Source of the DNA: Candidatus Eiseniibacteriota bacterium
GTDB taxonomy: Bacteria > Eisenbacteria > RBG-16-71-46 > JABDJR01
Assembly (NCBI GenBank): GCA_963783375.1
Contig: CAWANH010000029.1
Location: forward strand, 992,001 to 1,056,000
Direction of reading: 5' to 3'
Length of the DNA stretch: 64,000 bases
Shown here: piece by piece, positions 10,235 through 21,944 of the stretch
Position numbering within the stretch: the stretch's first letter is position 1
Layout of the letters: every line of letters starts with the position of its first letter
Made by a program: the position numbers and the translations under genes
Notes under the pieces: generated by a model
The model's input: only the letters and a program-made list of their open reading frames with translations
The model's database searches: none
What the model was told of the DNA's origin: nothing

Positions 10235-11794
10235 ATGAAAACGTTCGAAGCCCGTGAGACTCAACCTGCGGCATACCGCGCCCCATGGCAGGACCGCCTG
10301 CCGCGACCGATCGGTCGTATGGTTCGCCTTCCCTGGTGGCAGATCGGGGCGGCGGCGGCGGCGGCGTTCCTACTCTCCCAGCAGATCCTGGAGCCGCAAT
10401 CCCGGGTGATCAAGGCGGTGGCCGGGCTGGTGCTGTTGATCATCGCAATCCGCACCAGACCCTTCTACGCGCTCTGCTTCATCGCCCTGACCTTCGCCTT
10501 TCCGTTCTCGATCTTCATCGGGTCGAGCACCCTGATCTTCGTCGGGCTGGCCTTCACCGTGTACCTGGCCCGCCTCACCCTCGGCCAGGTCCCGCCCCTG
10601 GTCCGGACCCCGGTGGACGCCGGGATGGGCGTGCTGGTGGGTTGCTACATCCTCTCCTTCTACAACATCGACAACCCGGTGATCCTCGGGCGCGCGGTCC
10701 AGAATCTGTTCAGCATTTTCGCATCATTCATGCTCTTCTACCTGACCGCCAACTTCATTCGCACCGAGGACGAGCTCAAGACGTTCAGCAAGATCCTGGG
10801 AATCGCCCTGGCCTTGATCGTGTTCGTGGGCATCTACGAGCTGCTGCTTCCCGGTCGCGCGCTCATCCCCCACTGGATCCTGGGAGGGGGCAGCGGGCAC
10901 ACGCAGATGCGCGAAGGGTACCGGGTGGGGGGGGCCTTCTACGACTTCGAGCTGTACGGGGAGTTCATGGCGGTGAGCTTCTTCCTGGCCCTCTTCCTGT
11001 TCCAACGGGCGAGCCGGCCCAACCTCCGGTTCTTCACCGCCATCCTCACGATTTTCACCGTGTTCGGGCTGCTCACCTCCGTAACCCGGGGGGCCACCCT
11101 GGCTTTCATGGGTGGGGTGGTGTACTTCACCTGGCTCATGCGCCGCCGACTCAAGTTCCGCGACTTCGCGGCCGCGCTCCTGATCGGAGTGACCGTCTAC
11201 CTGGGTCTGGAGTTCGTGGTCGCCGATTACACCAGATCGGGATCGGTGTTCGACCGGCTCTTCGCCACCCATTTCGTGAACGGCCTCCCCGACTCCCGGG
11301 CGATGTGGCCGATCATCTGGGAACGGGTGCTGGAGCATCCCATCGTGGGCCACGGTCCCTATTACGATCTGGGCCTCCAGCGGGGCATCACCGGCCGCGG
11401 CCTGTACGTTTACACCTGGCCCCACAACCAGTACCTCTTCTACGCCCACACTATCGGGCTTCTCGGTACCGCCGCCTTCCTCTTCATCGGGGTCCGGCTC
11501 CTCGTGGTGTCGTTCCGGGACCGCGCCGCGGGGCTCCAGGAGCCGTCTTTCCCCCGGAGCTTCATGCTGGCGCTCCACGTCATGCTGCTGGTGTTCCTGG
11601 TGGACGAGCTCAAGATCGATTACCTGCGGAACCCGATCTACATGTACTACCCGTGGCTCCTCATGGGGCTGATCGCCGCCACCCACCGCATCATCCAGCA
11701 ACAGGCCACGGCAGGGGCGGGAAAGATCGGGGCCTCGGCGCCGGGCGGGCGAGGCTCCCCGTCCCCGGCCGCCTCCCGGCCCAGCGGGGCCTGA
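10235..11794 (+). CDS. O-antigen ligase/polymerase (Wzy_C) family membrane protein
   Basis: Many TM segments, SVTRGA, HPIVGHG and PHNQY motifs. Confidence 0.8.
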   Translation: MKTFEARETQPAAYRAPWQDRLPRPIGRMVRLPWWQIGAAAAAAFLLSQQILEPQSRVIKAVAGLVLLIIAIRTRPFYALCFIALTFAFPFSIFIGSSTLIFVGLAFTVYLARLTLGQVPPLVRTPVDAGMGVLVGCYILSFYNIDNPVILGRAVQNLFSIFASFMLFYLTANFIRTEDELKTFSKILGIALALIVFVGIYELLLPGRALIPHWILGGGSGHTQMREGYRVGGAFYDFELYGEFMAVSFFLALFLFQRASRPNLRFFTAILTIFTVFGLLTSVTRGATLAFMGGVVYFTWLMRRRLKFRDFAAALLIGVTVYLGLEFVVADYTRSGSVFDRLFATHFVNGLPDSRAMWPIIWERVLEHPIVGHGPYYDLGLQRGITGRGLYVYTWPHNQYLFYAHTIGLLGTAAFLFIGVRLLVVSFRDRAAGLQEPSFPRSFMLALHVMLLVFLVDELKIDYLRNPIYMYYPWLLMGLIAATHRIIQQQATAGAGKIGASAPGGRGSPSPAASRPSGA

Positions 11795-12172
11795 TCGGAG
11801 GCGGGCGGGAGCGAGGAGGGCTGCGATGGCGCCGGGGTCGACCGGGGCTCCATTGGAGCTTTACTTCGAACCCTCGAACCCGTATTCTCCCATTGATTCG
11901 ATCGCTTTTCATCCATAAATGAAGGGCGCTTGTTTTCGTCGGCTTTCTTCCGTTCCGCCTCGATGATAAGGTGAAACGGGACCGCTACCCGACGGGTTCA
12001 ACGTGCGGTGGGCTATAGTTGAGGCAAGGTGACGGGGCACGAACAGCTCCCACCTTCGGCGCCGCGCCGCTGCGGTCGGGCGCGCGACCTTCTCCGGGCC
12101 GATTAATCCCCCAATTGGTGCCCGGGCCTCTTGGAGAATTCTCCCCACAACGGAGAATGGGGGACTTGTGCG

Positions 12173-13144
12173 GTGAAGCTGGTCATTCAGATCCCGTGTC
12201 TGAACGAGGAGCACATCCTGCCCCGCACCCTCGCCGATCTCCCGCGATCAATCCCCGGAATATCCAAGATCATGATCCTGGTGATCAACGACGGGAGCAC
12301 GGACCGGACGGTGGACGTCGCCCGGGAGAACGGTGCGGCAAGGATCGTCAACTTCTCCTGCCGCAAGGGGCTGGCCAACGCATTCTATCGGGGTCTGCAC
12401 GAGGCGCTGGCCATGGGCGCCGACATCATCGTCAACACCGACGGGGACAATCAGTACCGCGGCGCCGACATCGCCGCACTCATCCAGCCGGTCATGAACG
12501 GAGATGCCGACATGGTGGTGGGTTGCCGGCCCATCGAAGAGAACCCGGAGTTCTCCGCCCTCAAGAAGCGGCTCCAGCGGCTGGGGAGCTGGGTCGTCCG
12601 CCAGCTCTCGGGAACCAAAGTGCCGGACGCCACCTCGGGGTTCCGGGCCTACAGCCGCGAGGCGGCCCTCCGCATCACCGTGCTCTCGAATTTCACCTAC
12701 ACCTTGGAGACCCTGATCCAGGCGAACAGGAAGAACCTGTCGGTGTCCTATGTCCCCATCGGAACCAATCCCAAGACCCGCGAGTCCCGCCTGTTCACCT
12801 CGATTCCCTGCTACGTGCGGCGATCGCTGGCCACCATGTTCCGGGTGTACGTGCTCTACCAGCCCCTCCGCTTCTTCTCCATCATCAGCGGCGTCGTCAT
12901 CGGGAGCGGGCTGCTGCTGATCCTGCGGTTCCTCTACCTGTACCTGGTCACCGAGGGCCCCACCGGTCACATTCAATCGCTGGTTCTGGGGGGCGTTCTC
13001 GTGGTCGTCGGTGTCCTGGTCAGCGCAATGGCCGTCCTGTCGGACCTGACCGCGGTCAACCGAAGGCTCCTGGAGGAGCTTCTCTACAACCAGCGGAAGC
13101 GCTTCCTGGGAGAGGAGACCGGGGCGATCGGGCGGCGACCATGA
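12173..13144 (+). CDS. Glycosyltransferase family 2
   Basis: KLVIQIPCLNEE, NDGSTD, NTDGDNQY, DATSGFRAYSR, FTYTLETLIQA; two C-terminal TMs. GTG 12173 chosen by family N-terminus. Confidence 0.88.
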   Translation: MKLVIQIPCLNEEHILPRTLADLPRSIPGISKIMILVINDGSTDRTVDVARENGAARIVNFSCRKGLANAFYRGLHEALAMGADIIVNTDGDNQYRGADIAALIQPVMNGDADMVVGCRPIEENPEFSALKKRLQRLGSWVVRQLSGTKVPDATSGFRAYSREAALRITVLSNFTYTLETLIQANRKNLSVSYVPIGTNPKTRESRLFTSIPCYVRRSLATMFRVYVLYQPLRFFSIISGVVIGSGLLLILRFLYLYLVTEGPTGHIQSLVLGGVLVVVGVLVSAMAVLSDLTAVNRRLLEELLYNQRKRFLGEETGAIGRRP

Positions 13145-13758
13145 GCGGAGCGTGCTCCGCCCCGGTCGCCGGAAACGTCTACAACAAGTACGATTCGCGG
13201 AATCCGATTTCCAGGAAGCTCATGGCGGGCTTCACCCGCAGCATGTTCGACCTGCTCTCGGCGGCTGGGGACGCGACCACGATCCTCGAGGTTGGTTGTG
13301 GGGAGGGATTCATCTCCCGGATGGTCGTCGAGCGCTTCCCCGACGCGCGGTTCCTCGGCACCGACCTGTCGGCCGAGGTGATTGAAACCGCCCGCCGGTT
13401 GAACCCGGGCGTCGCCTTCGAACCCTGCTCGGTCTACGAGCTCGAGTCCCTGGGCCGGCGGTTCGATCTGGTGGTCGGGAGCGAGGTGCTCGAGCATCTG
13501 GACGAGCCGCTCACGGCGCTGCGGTCCATGAGCCGGATCTGCCGAAACCGGCTGTTCGTGAGCGTCCCCCGCGAACCTCTGTGGCGCGTCCTGAACCTCG
13601 CCCGTCTGAAGTACGTCGCCGCTCTCGGCAACACGCCGGGTCATGTCCAGCACTGGAGTACCGGGCGCTTCCTCGACTTCCTGCGGGGGGAGGTGGTCGT
13701 GGAGGCGCACCGGACCCCCCTGCCATGGACCCAGGCGCTATGCCGGCCCGCATCATGA
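13141..13758 (+). CDS. Class I SAM-dependent methyltransferase
   Basis: GNVYNKY, ILEVGCGEG, EVLEHL, SVPREP, NTPGHVQHW; ATGA overlaps on both sides. Confidence 0.87.
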   Translation: MSGACSAPVAGNVYNKYDSRNPISRKLMAGFTRSMFDLLSAAGDATTILEVGCGEGFISRMVVERFPDARFLGTDLSAEVIETARRLNPGVAFEPCSVYELESLGRRFDLVVGSEVLEHLDEPLTALRSMSRICRNRLFVSVPREPLWRVLNLARLKYVAALGNTPGHVQHWSTGRFLDFLRGEVVVEAHRTPLPWTQALCRPAS

Positions 13759-14699
13759 AGCGCCGCTTCCTTTCCCTGCTCCTGAAAATCGGCGTCTCCG
13801 GGATCCTCATGCTCCTGGTCCTGCGGAGCGTGGAGCCGGAGGCGATCCTCGAGGCGGCGGGGCGGCTCCGGGGGATCACCGTGCTGGAGGTGCTGGCCCT
13901 CTCCCTCGCCGCCTACCTGGGCCGCGCCCTGCGCTGGACGGTTCTCCTCCGTCGGATGCGGGTCCGGGTCGGAGCCGGGACCGCGTACCGGTTGACCCTG
14001 CTGGGGGTCTTCTACGGGATTCTGACCCCGGGGCGGTTCGGGGAGTTCGGCAAGGCGCTCCATCTCGGGGCCTCCCGCACCACGACGCTCTCCACCGTGT
14101 TCGTTGAGCGCCTCATGGATGTGCTCTTCCTGGAAGCGGTTTCGGCTCCCGCCTTCATCCTCTTCGAGGACTGGCGGGGGGCTCCGCGGCTGGTGTACCT
14201 CGTCCTCACCGCGCTTACCCTCGCCCTGGTCCTCCTCCTCGTCTCAGGCGCCGTGAAGCCCCTCCTCCGTTCGGGGATCATGCCCGCGCGGATCCGCGAC
14301 GCGGTGGCCGAGGTCGCGCCCGGTCGCATGAACCACCCGCGCACCCTGCTTCTCGGGTTCTTGGGAACGGCCTCGTTCTACGCGCTCGGGTTCTCGGGAG
14401 GTCTCATCCTGCTCCGGGATCTGGCTCCCGGCGCCCCCCCGATCTTCGTGGCGGTCTTTCCCGTGATCATCCTGCTCGGAAACCTCCCCCTGGCCTTCGG
14501 GGGCATCGGGCTCCGCGAACAGGTGGCCCTGATCGCTTTCACGAGCCTCGGGCTGGCCCCCCGGATCGGTCCGACCTTCTCGCTCCTCTGGTTCACCCTG
14601 GTCTCCCTCATCCCCGGGCTTCTGGGGGTGGCCGGCAACGCCCTGGCCGGCGCCCACCTCCGTTCCGGCGACCGGCGGCGAAAGACGGTGGAGACATGA
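13755..14699 (+). CDS. Lysylphosphatidylglycerol-synthase TM domain / flippase-like (UPF0104) protein
   Basis: RALRW..LL, TPGRFGE..K, VERLMD, LP...GGIGLRE motifs; multi-TM. Confidence 0.8.
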   Translation: MKRRFLSLLLKIGVSGILMLLVLRSVEPEAILEAAGRLRGITVLEVLALSLAAYLGRALRWTVLLRRMRVRVGAGTAYRLTLLGVFYGILTPGRFGEFGKALHLGASRTTTLSTVFVERLMDVLFLEAVSAPAFILFEDWRGAPRLVYLVLTALTLALVLLLVSGAVKPLLRSGIMPARIRDAVAEVAPGRMNHPRTLLLGFLGTASFYALGFSGGLILLRDLAPGAPPIFVAVFPVIILLGNLPLAFGGIGLREQVALIAFTSLGLAPRIGPTFSLLWFTLVSLIPGLLGVAGNALAGAHLRSGDRRRKTVET

Positions 14700-15979
14700 G
14701 TCCCGAATCCTCGAACCGGGAGCGGGGGCTCGGGTTCCGGGGTCCGGCGATGATCTTCCTGGGAGCGGTCCTGGTGAGGATCCTCTTCGTCTTCGTGGTC
14801 TATCCATTCACCCCCGGCTCCCATCCCGGGATTGTTCGGGCGGGGGACGGCTACACCGACGTCGCCGAGAACCTGATCCGGGGGAACGGATACATCCGCG
14901 CCGAGGCGCTGGGTCCGGAGCTCCAACGTCCGCCGGCCTACCCGCTCCTGAACTACCTGGTCTTCCTGGTGGCCGGGGTGAACGACCGGGCGATGGTGGT
15001 CTTTCAATGTCTGGTTGGCGGACTGGACGCGCTACTCGTCCTGTGGGTGGGGAACCTCCTGATTTCGAGGCGCGTCGCTTTTCTCTCCGCCGCGGTATTC
15101 GCCGTGTTTCCGGTGCAGATCTTCTACACGACCCTGCTGGCCCGAGAGACCCTCGATCTCCCCCTGACCCTGGGGCTCGGCGCCGCGCTCTGGTCGGCGC
15201 TCTCCAACCGCTCGCGAAGGCGCGCCCTCGCCTTCGCGACTCTGGCCGGGGCGCTCACCGGCCTCGCCGCGCTTACCAACGCCATGTGGACCCTTCTCGG
15301 TGGATCCTGGTGCCTACTCACCGCGTGGCTGCTCCGGACCCGGATCCGCCCTGCCCCGGCCGTGCTCGCAATCCTCATCCTGGTGCAGGCGGCCGTCATC
15401 CTTCCCTGGACCTACCGGAACTATCGCGTGACCGGACGCTTGGTCCCGATCTCCACCTCGGGCGGCCTCACCCTCTGGCAGGGGACCTTCCTCATGGACT
15501 TTCCCTGGAACTCCCCGTACGACCACAGCCAACAGGTCAAGCAGTGCCTGGAGGCGGCGCAAGGGATCACCAATCGGGGAGCGTTGAACCCGAGCCCGGA
15601 GGATGACGCCGTCTTCCGCCGGCTGGCGGTGGAGAACATCCGAAACCACCCCGGGCGATGGGTGCGGGCCTTGGCTCGGAACAGCCTGAGGATCTGGTAC
15701 TACAACGCGAGGCGGAACCGGATCCCGTTCATCCTGACCATGCAGCTTCCATTCCTGGTTGCCGCGGCGTGGGGATTCGTTCTTCTGCTCCGGGAGAAAC
15801 CCGCGGTCGCTCTCTTCCTCGCCTTCCCCGTGCTCTACAACGTGGTCCTGCACATGCCGTTCGTGGCCATCGTGCGATACTCCACATCCTCGACACCGTT
15901 CCTGGCCATCTTCATCGGGTTCCTGATCGCACGGTGGATCGCCCGGAGCCGGCGTGCGGATGGCCTGCAGCGGGCCTAG
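14696..15979 (+). CDS. GT-C fold glycosyltransferase (ArnT/PMT-like)
   Basis: DGY...A.NL..G.G, RPPAYP, PWTYRNY..TG, multi-TM, C-terminal RY motif. Confidence 0.78.
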   Translation: MSPESSNRERGLGFRGPAMIFLGAVLVRILFVFVVYPFTPGSHPGIVRAGDGYTDVAENLIRGNGYIRAEALGPELQRPPAYPLLNYLVFLVAGVNDRAMVVFQCLVGGLDALLVLWVGNLLISRRVAFLSAAVFAVFPVQIFYTTLLARETLDLPLTLGLGAALWSALSNRSRRRALAFATLAGALTGLAALTNAMWTLLGGSWCLLTAWLLRTRIRPAPAVLAILILVQAAVILPWTYRNYRVTGRLVPISTSGGLTLWQGTFLMDFPWNSPYDHSQQVKQCLEAAQGITNRGALNPSPEDDAVFRRLAVENIRNHPGRWVRALARNSLRIWYYNARRNRIPFILTMQLPFLVAAAWGFVLLLREKPAVALFLAFPVLYNVVLHMPFVAIVRYSTSSTPFLAIFIGFLIARWIARSRRADGLQRA

Positions 15980-16012
15980 CGCCGATGGCCGGAGCGGTTC
16001 GAGCGTGGGGCC

Positions 16013-17656
<1,644 letters not shown>

Positions 17657-17733
17657 TCAAGGAGTACGGGGCCGTCTCGCCCCCCCGTCGAACCGGCCGT
17701 CCGACGAGGGAGGACCGGCGCTCGGGCCGGCGG

Positions 17734-18018
17734 TCAGACCCGCCCGAGGATCTCCTCTTCCCGAAGGATCAAGTACTCCTCACCGCCCAGCTCGACCTTG
17801 GAACCGGCGTAGCGCTCGAACAGGACCTTGTCTCCGACTTTGATATCCGGGGCGCGCCGCTCCCCGTTCTTGTTCAGGGCTCCGGGGCCGACCGCGATCA
17901 CCTCTCCCTTGAGGGACTTCTCGCGGGCGATCTCGGGAATCAGGATGCCCGAGGCGGTCTTCTCCTCGGCTTTGATGGGGCGAACCACCACGCGATCGCC
18001 CAGGGGCTTGATCTTCAT
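17734..18018 (-). CDS. groES: Co-chaperonin GroES
   Basis: MKIKPLGDRVVV, TASGILIP, GEVIAVGPG; 94 aa; SD AAGGAG. Confidence 0.96.
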   Translation of the reverse strand: MKIKPLGDRVVVRPIKAEEKTASGILIPEIAREKSLKGEVIAVGPGALNKNGERRAPDIKVGDKVLFERYAGSKVELGGEEYLILREEEILGRV

Positions 18019-18129
18019 TCGTATACTCCTTGCCGGACGCTCGCCGAGGTTCCGCGGTCGCGGCCGGATCGGGGGGCCGCCTCGGACTCCGTGTTTCGGG
18101 CCGGGGCGTGAACGACGTCGAGCCGAACG

Positions 18130-18159
18130 AGTGTATCCGCTCCGCCGGACCCCCATCAA
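18130..18159 (-). promoter_or_regulatory. Possible sigma70-type promoter for groES-groEL
   Basis: TTGATG-18nt-TACACT on the minus strand; no CIRCE seen. Confidence 0.35.
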
Positions 18160-18165
18160 GACGGG

Positions 18166-19242
18166 TCAACCCTCCACCACCTGGGCCAGGGCGGAAAGAC
18201 CCTCCCGAAGCGGCTCCGGGTCCAGGGCGAACCCCACCCGGAGACCGGTGTCGTCCCCGAAGAACCGCCCGGGCACCGCCCCTACCCGGTGATCGACAAG
18301 GAGGCGCTCTGCGGCTTCGGTCCCGGTGAGCCCGGGGGGAAGCTCGAACCAGGCGTGGATCCCCCCGTCGGGGGGGTGCACCCGGGGGAACTCGCGCTCC
18401 GCGGCCCACTTCGCGACGGTGTCCCAGCCCGAGGCGGCGCGGGCCAGCCCCGCCTCGCGCAGCCGGTCCGCGTGGCGAAGTCCGGCGCGGACGTAGGGGG
18501 CGGCGGGAAGAGGATCGACGGCGTACATCACGTTGAGGATCGACCGCATGCGGGCGATCCGCGCCGGAGAGGCGAGGATCCAGCCCGCCCGAAGCGGCCC
18601 CAGCCCGTAGACCTTGGTGAGGCTGGAGACGGTGATGACCGCCTCCCCGAGCCCCCGCGCCGTTCCCACCGGCCCCGGCCGGAAGTCCCGATAGACCTCG
18701 TCCACCAGAAGGCAGGCCCCCCGGGCCTCCGCCTCCCGGGCCAGGACGGCAAGAGCCCCGTCCCCGGGTGTGCGCCCGGTGGGGTTGTGGAGGTCGCTCA
18801 CCAGCACCATCTTCACCCCCGGCTCCCAGAGCCGGAGCACCACCTCGGGTTCGAGCCGCCATCCGGCCTCCCGGCGCCGGGGAAACGGGATGATCTCCGC
18901 TCCTACCGCCCGCGCGGCGGCCCGCAGGGGCTCGTAGGCGGGATCCTCCACCATGACCCGGTCCCCGGGCCGCAGCACCGAGGCGGAGGCCAGGAAGAGC
19001 CCCATGCTCGTGCCCAGGACGGGGAGAACCTCGGCCTCGGGGACGGCGTACCGGCCGGCCACCGCGGCCCGGATCTCCGGATCGGCGGCCGGTCCAAAGC
19101 GACTCCGTTCCACCTCTCCCGGCTCCACCCCGAGCTCGCCCAGGGGAGTGGAGAGCCCACTCAACAGCATGGAGACCCGCCAGGGACGAGGTTGGAACGC
19201 CTGGGCCCACTCGAGATAGGCGACCCGGGCCTCGTGCAGCAT
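18166..19242 (-). CDS. PLP-dependent aminotransferase class I/II
   Basis: LHNPTG, LVDEVY, SSLTKVYGLGPLRAGW; SD GGAGG before ATG 19242. Confidence 0.88.
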   Translation of the reverse strand: MLHEARVAYLEWAQAFQPRPWRVSMLLSGLSTPLGELGVEPGEVERSRFGPAADPEIRAAVAGRYAVPEAEVLPVLGTSMGLFLASASVLRPGDRVMVEDPAYEPLRAAARAVGAEIIPFPRRREAGWRLEPEVVLRLWEPGVKMVLVSDLHNPTGRTPGDGALAVLAREAEARGACLLVDEVYRDFRPGPVGTARGLGEAVITVSSLTKVYGLGPLRAGWILASPARIARMRSILNVMYAVDPLPAAPYVRAGLRHADRLREAGLARAASGWDTVAKWAAEREFPRVHPPDGGIHAWFELPPGLTGTEAAERLLVDHRVGAVPGRFFGDDTGLRVGFALDPEPLREGLSALAQVVEG

Positions 19243-19447
19243 CGTGAGCCTCCTCCGGCCGGACCGGACCGCCTTCCCCCTCGACCGGAGGCGGGTGGGA
19301 CTGGGGTTGCCTCCCGGAGGAGGCCTCGAGGGTCCGGCGTTGCAGAACCGGGGGCCGGAGTGTACCATTGGCCGGTTCTGGATGCGCCGGGGTGTTCCCC
19401 CGGCGTTTCCGTGACGATTGCCATCGAACCCACAAATTGGAGCATCC

Positions 19448-20128
19448 ATGGACCCGAAGGAGCAAGCGGGCCGCAAGGCGGCCGAGTACGTCAAGGACGA
19501 CATGGTGGTGGGCCTCGGAACCGGCTCGACGGCCGCGTGGGCGGTCCGCGCCCTGGGCGACCGGGTGAAGAGCGGGGACCTGAAGGGGATCCAATGCATT
19601 CCCACCTCCGTCCAGACCCGCCATCTGGCCGAGGAAGTCGGCCTCTCCATCCGGGGCCTCGAAGACGTGGACTGGGTCGACCTCACCATCGACGGGGCCG
19701 ATCAGGTGGACGACAACCTGAACCTCATCAAGGGAGCGGGCGGCGCCCTCCTGCGGGAGAAGGTGGTTGCCTTCAGCTCCGGCGAGGTGATCATCGTGGT
19801 GGACGAGTCCAAGCTCACCAAGCAGCTCGGGGACGGGGTGCCGGTCCCGGTGGAGGTGCTCCCCTTCGCCGAAGCGGTGGTGCGGGCGGCGTTGACCAAC
19901 TTGAGGGCCGAGGTCGAACCGCGCATGGAGGGGGATGACCCCTACATGACCGACAACAACAATTTCATCCTGGACTGCCTGTTCAAGGAGCCCTTCGAGC
20001 CCAAGCGGATGGAACGGGAGATCAAGCGCATTCCCGGCGTGGTGGAGAGCGGCCTCTTCACCGACATGACCGACCGGCTGGTCATCGGGCGTACGACCGG
20101 TGACCCGAAGGTCGTCGACGCGGTCTAA
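19448..20128 (+). CDS. rpiA: Ribose-5-phosphate isomerase A
   Basis: VGLGTGST, DGADQVD, KGAGGALLREK, TDNNNFILD, IPGVVESGLF. Confidence 0.95.
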   Translation: MDPKEQAGRKAAEYVKDDMVVGLGTGSTAAWAVRALGDRVKSGDLKGIQCIPTSVQTRHLAEEVGLSIRGLEDVDWVDLTIDGADQVDDNLNLIKGAGGALLREKVVAFSSGEVIIVVDESKLTKQLGDGVPVPVEVLPFAEAVVRAALTNLRAEVEPRMEGDDPYMTDNNNFILDCLFKEPFEPKRMEREIKRIPGVVESGLFTDMTDRLVIGRTTGDPKVVDAV

Positions 20129-20154
20129 CCCCCGTTGACCCGGTCGACGGGCCA

Positions 20155-21411
20155 GTGATCCCGGGCGGACTCCGGTCCCTCTTCACCGACTACGCCGCCC
20201 ACATCCGGCTTTTCTCCCGCAACGCCCGGCTCTATCTGGCCGGGGCGTTTTGTTTCGGGTTCGGATTCGGCACCTTCTGGGTGCTCCTGAACCTCTACTT
20301 CCGGGCCCTCGGGCTCACGGACACCCAGATCGGGCGGGTGCTCTCCTTCCAGTCCTTCGGCACGGTACTGGTGGCCATCCCCGCCGGAATCATCGCCAGC
20401 CGAATCCGCCTCAAGTGGCTCCTCATCGCGGCCACCGGGGTGAGCGCCACCGCCTATACCCTGTTGGTCACCGTTCGCCCCTTTCCGCTCCTCCTGGTGT
20501 TGGCCATGATCGCCGGAGCCGGGTTCATCATTCACGGCGTCCTCGCCGCCCCTTTCTTCATGCGCAATTCCTCCCCGGCCGAGCGCCTGCATCTCTTCGG
20601 TATCAACCAGGCGGTGGAGATCCTGGCCAGCGTGGTGGGGGTGGCCGGCGGAGGCTGGCTGGCCGGCTTCCTCGGGGAACGCTGGCACTCGGACCTCCTG
20701 GGGCTTCGCGTGACCCTCCTGATCGCGGTGGGGCTACTCTGCCTGGCCGTCATCCCCTACGCCCTGATCCACTCGCCTCCCCCGTCTCCCCTGGAGACCT
20801 CGAGGTTCCGCATCCGGGGGTACCGGAACCCGAAACTCCTGTTCAAGCTCGCGCTCCCCATCTTTCTGGTGGGATGCGGCGCCGGCCTGGTGATCCCCTT
20901 CCTGAACCTCTACTTCCGCGACCGCTTCGCCCTGGATCCGCCTTCCATCGGACGGATCTTCGCGGTGGCCCAGGGAATCACCGCGCTCGGATTCATCCTC
21001 GGCCCGATCATGGCCCGCCGGCTGGGGCTGGTGCGGGCGGTGGTGACCACCGAGCTCCTATCCATCCCGTTCTTCCTCACCCTGGCCTTCACCCACCGCC
21101 TCGACGTGGCCATCATGGCCTTCTGGATGCGGGGGGCGCTCATGAACATGAACCAACCCATCTCCCGGAACTTCGCCATGGAGGCGGTGGGCGTCGATCA
21201 GCAGCCGATCGCCAACTCGATCCTGGAGATGTCCTGGAATCTGTCGTGGATGATCTCCGCCCAGGTGGGGGGATGGCTGATCGATCGGCACGGATTCGCC
21301 TATCCCATGCTGATAACCGTCGTGCTATACTTCACTGCGTCCAACCTGTATTTTCAGTTCTTCCGTCGATTTGAAGAACGTCCGGAACCGGCTACGGTGA
21401 ACCCCGCCTGA
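20155..21411 (+). CDS. MFS transporter
   Basis: About 12 TM segments; FSRNARLYL, IPFLNLYF and RGALMNM motifs. Confidence 0.85.
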   Translation: MIPGGLRSLFTDYAAHIRLFSRNARLYLAGAFCFGFGFGTFWVLLNLYFRALGLTDTQIGRVLSFQSFGTVLVAIPAGIIASRIRLKWLLIAATGVSATAYTLLVTVRPFPLLLVLAMIAGAGFIIHGVLAAPFFMRNSSPAERLHLFGINQAVEILASVVGVAGGGWLAGFLGERWHSDLLGLRVTLLIAVGLLCLAVIPYALIHSPPPSPLETSRFRIRGYRNPKLLFKLALPIFLVGCGAGLVIPFLNLYFRDRFALDPPSIGRIFAVAQGITALGFILGPIMARRLGLVRAVVTTELLSIPFFLTLAFTHRLDVAIMAFWMRGALMNMNQPISRNFAMEAVGVDQQPIANSILEMSWNLSWMISAQVGGWLIDRHGFAYPMLITVVLYFTASNLYFQFFRRFEERPEPATVNPA

Positions 21412-21443
21412 TCCGTTCCGGACCCTGATCCGGAACGAGCGCC

Positions 21444-21944
21444 TTGGAACGATCCCCTCAGCGGACCAGGGCGAGGCGTACCCGATTCTCCCCCAGAGCC
21501 TGGCTCGCCGCGCTCATCGCGTTGCTCGTCGTGTCGACCGTGGGCCGGTGGCCGGTCTACCGGGACCGGCTCGCTTCGAGCTGGGCCCAGACCCTGCTCC
21601 TCCCGCATCGGCTCACCGAGAGCCTCGACGCGATCACCTTCGATTGTGTGGGCACACCCTACGGCATCATGGAGGCCACCCGCGTCCGATCCTTCGACGA
21701 TGCGGTGATCGTGATCAGCGACGATCCCCGCGACGCTCCTCTCGACAACGTCCTCTGGTGCGCGTACTACCTCTATCCGAGGGTGCTGGTGCACGAGTCC
21801 GGCCTGGCCCCTGAAATCCAACCCGACTTCGAGATCACGACCGCCCACTTCGGCCGGGGCCCCTCCGGCGAAGGCGGCGGGGCGGGCCTCCGCGCCCTCT
21901 CCGAGCGGGCGCGGCTGTTTGCGGCCGCGAACTGGAATCCATGA
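21444..21944 (+). CDS. Hypothetical membrane-anchored protein
   Basis: N-terminal TM, YYLYPR motif; ATGA overlap with next gene; start uncertain. Confidence 0.6.
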   Translation: MERSPQRTRARRTRFSPRAWLAALIALLVVSTVGRWPVYRDRLASSWAQTLLLPHRLTESLDAITFDCVGTPYGIMEATRVRSFDDAVIVISDDPRDAPLDNVLWCAYYLYPRVLVHESGLAPEIQPDFEITTAHFGRGPSGEGGGAGLRALSERARLFAAANWNP

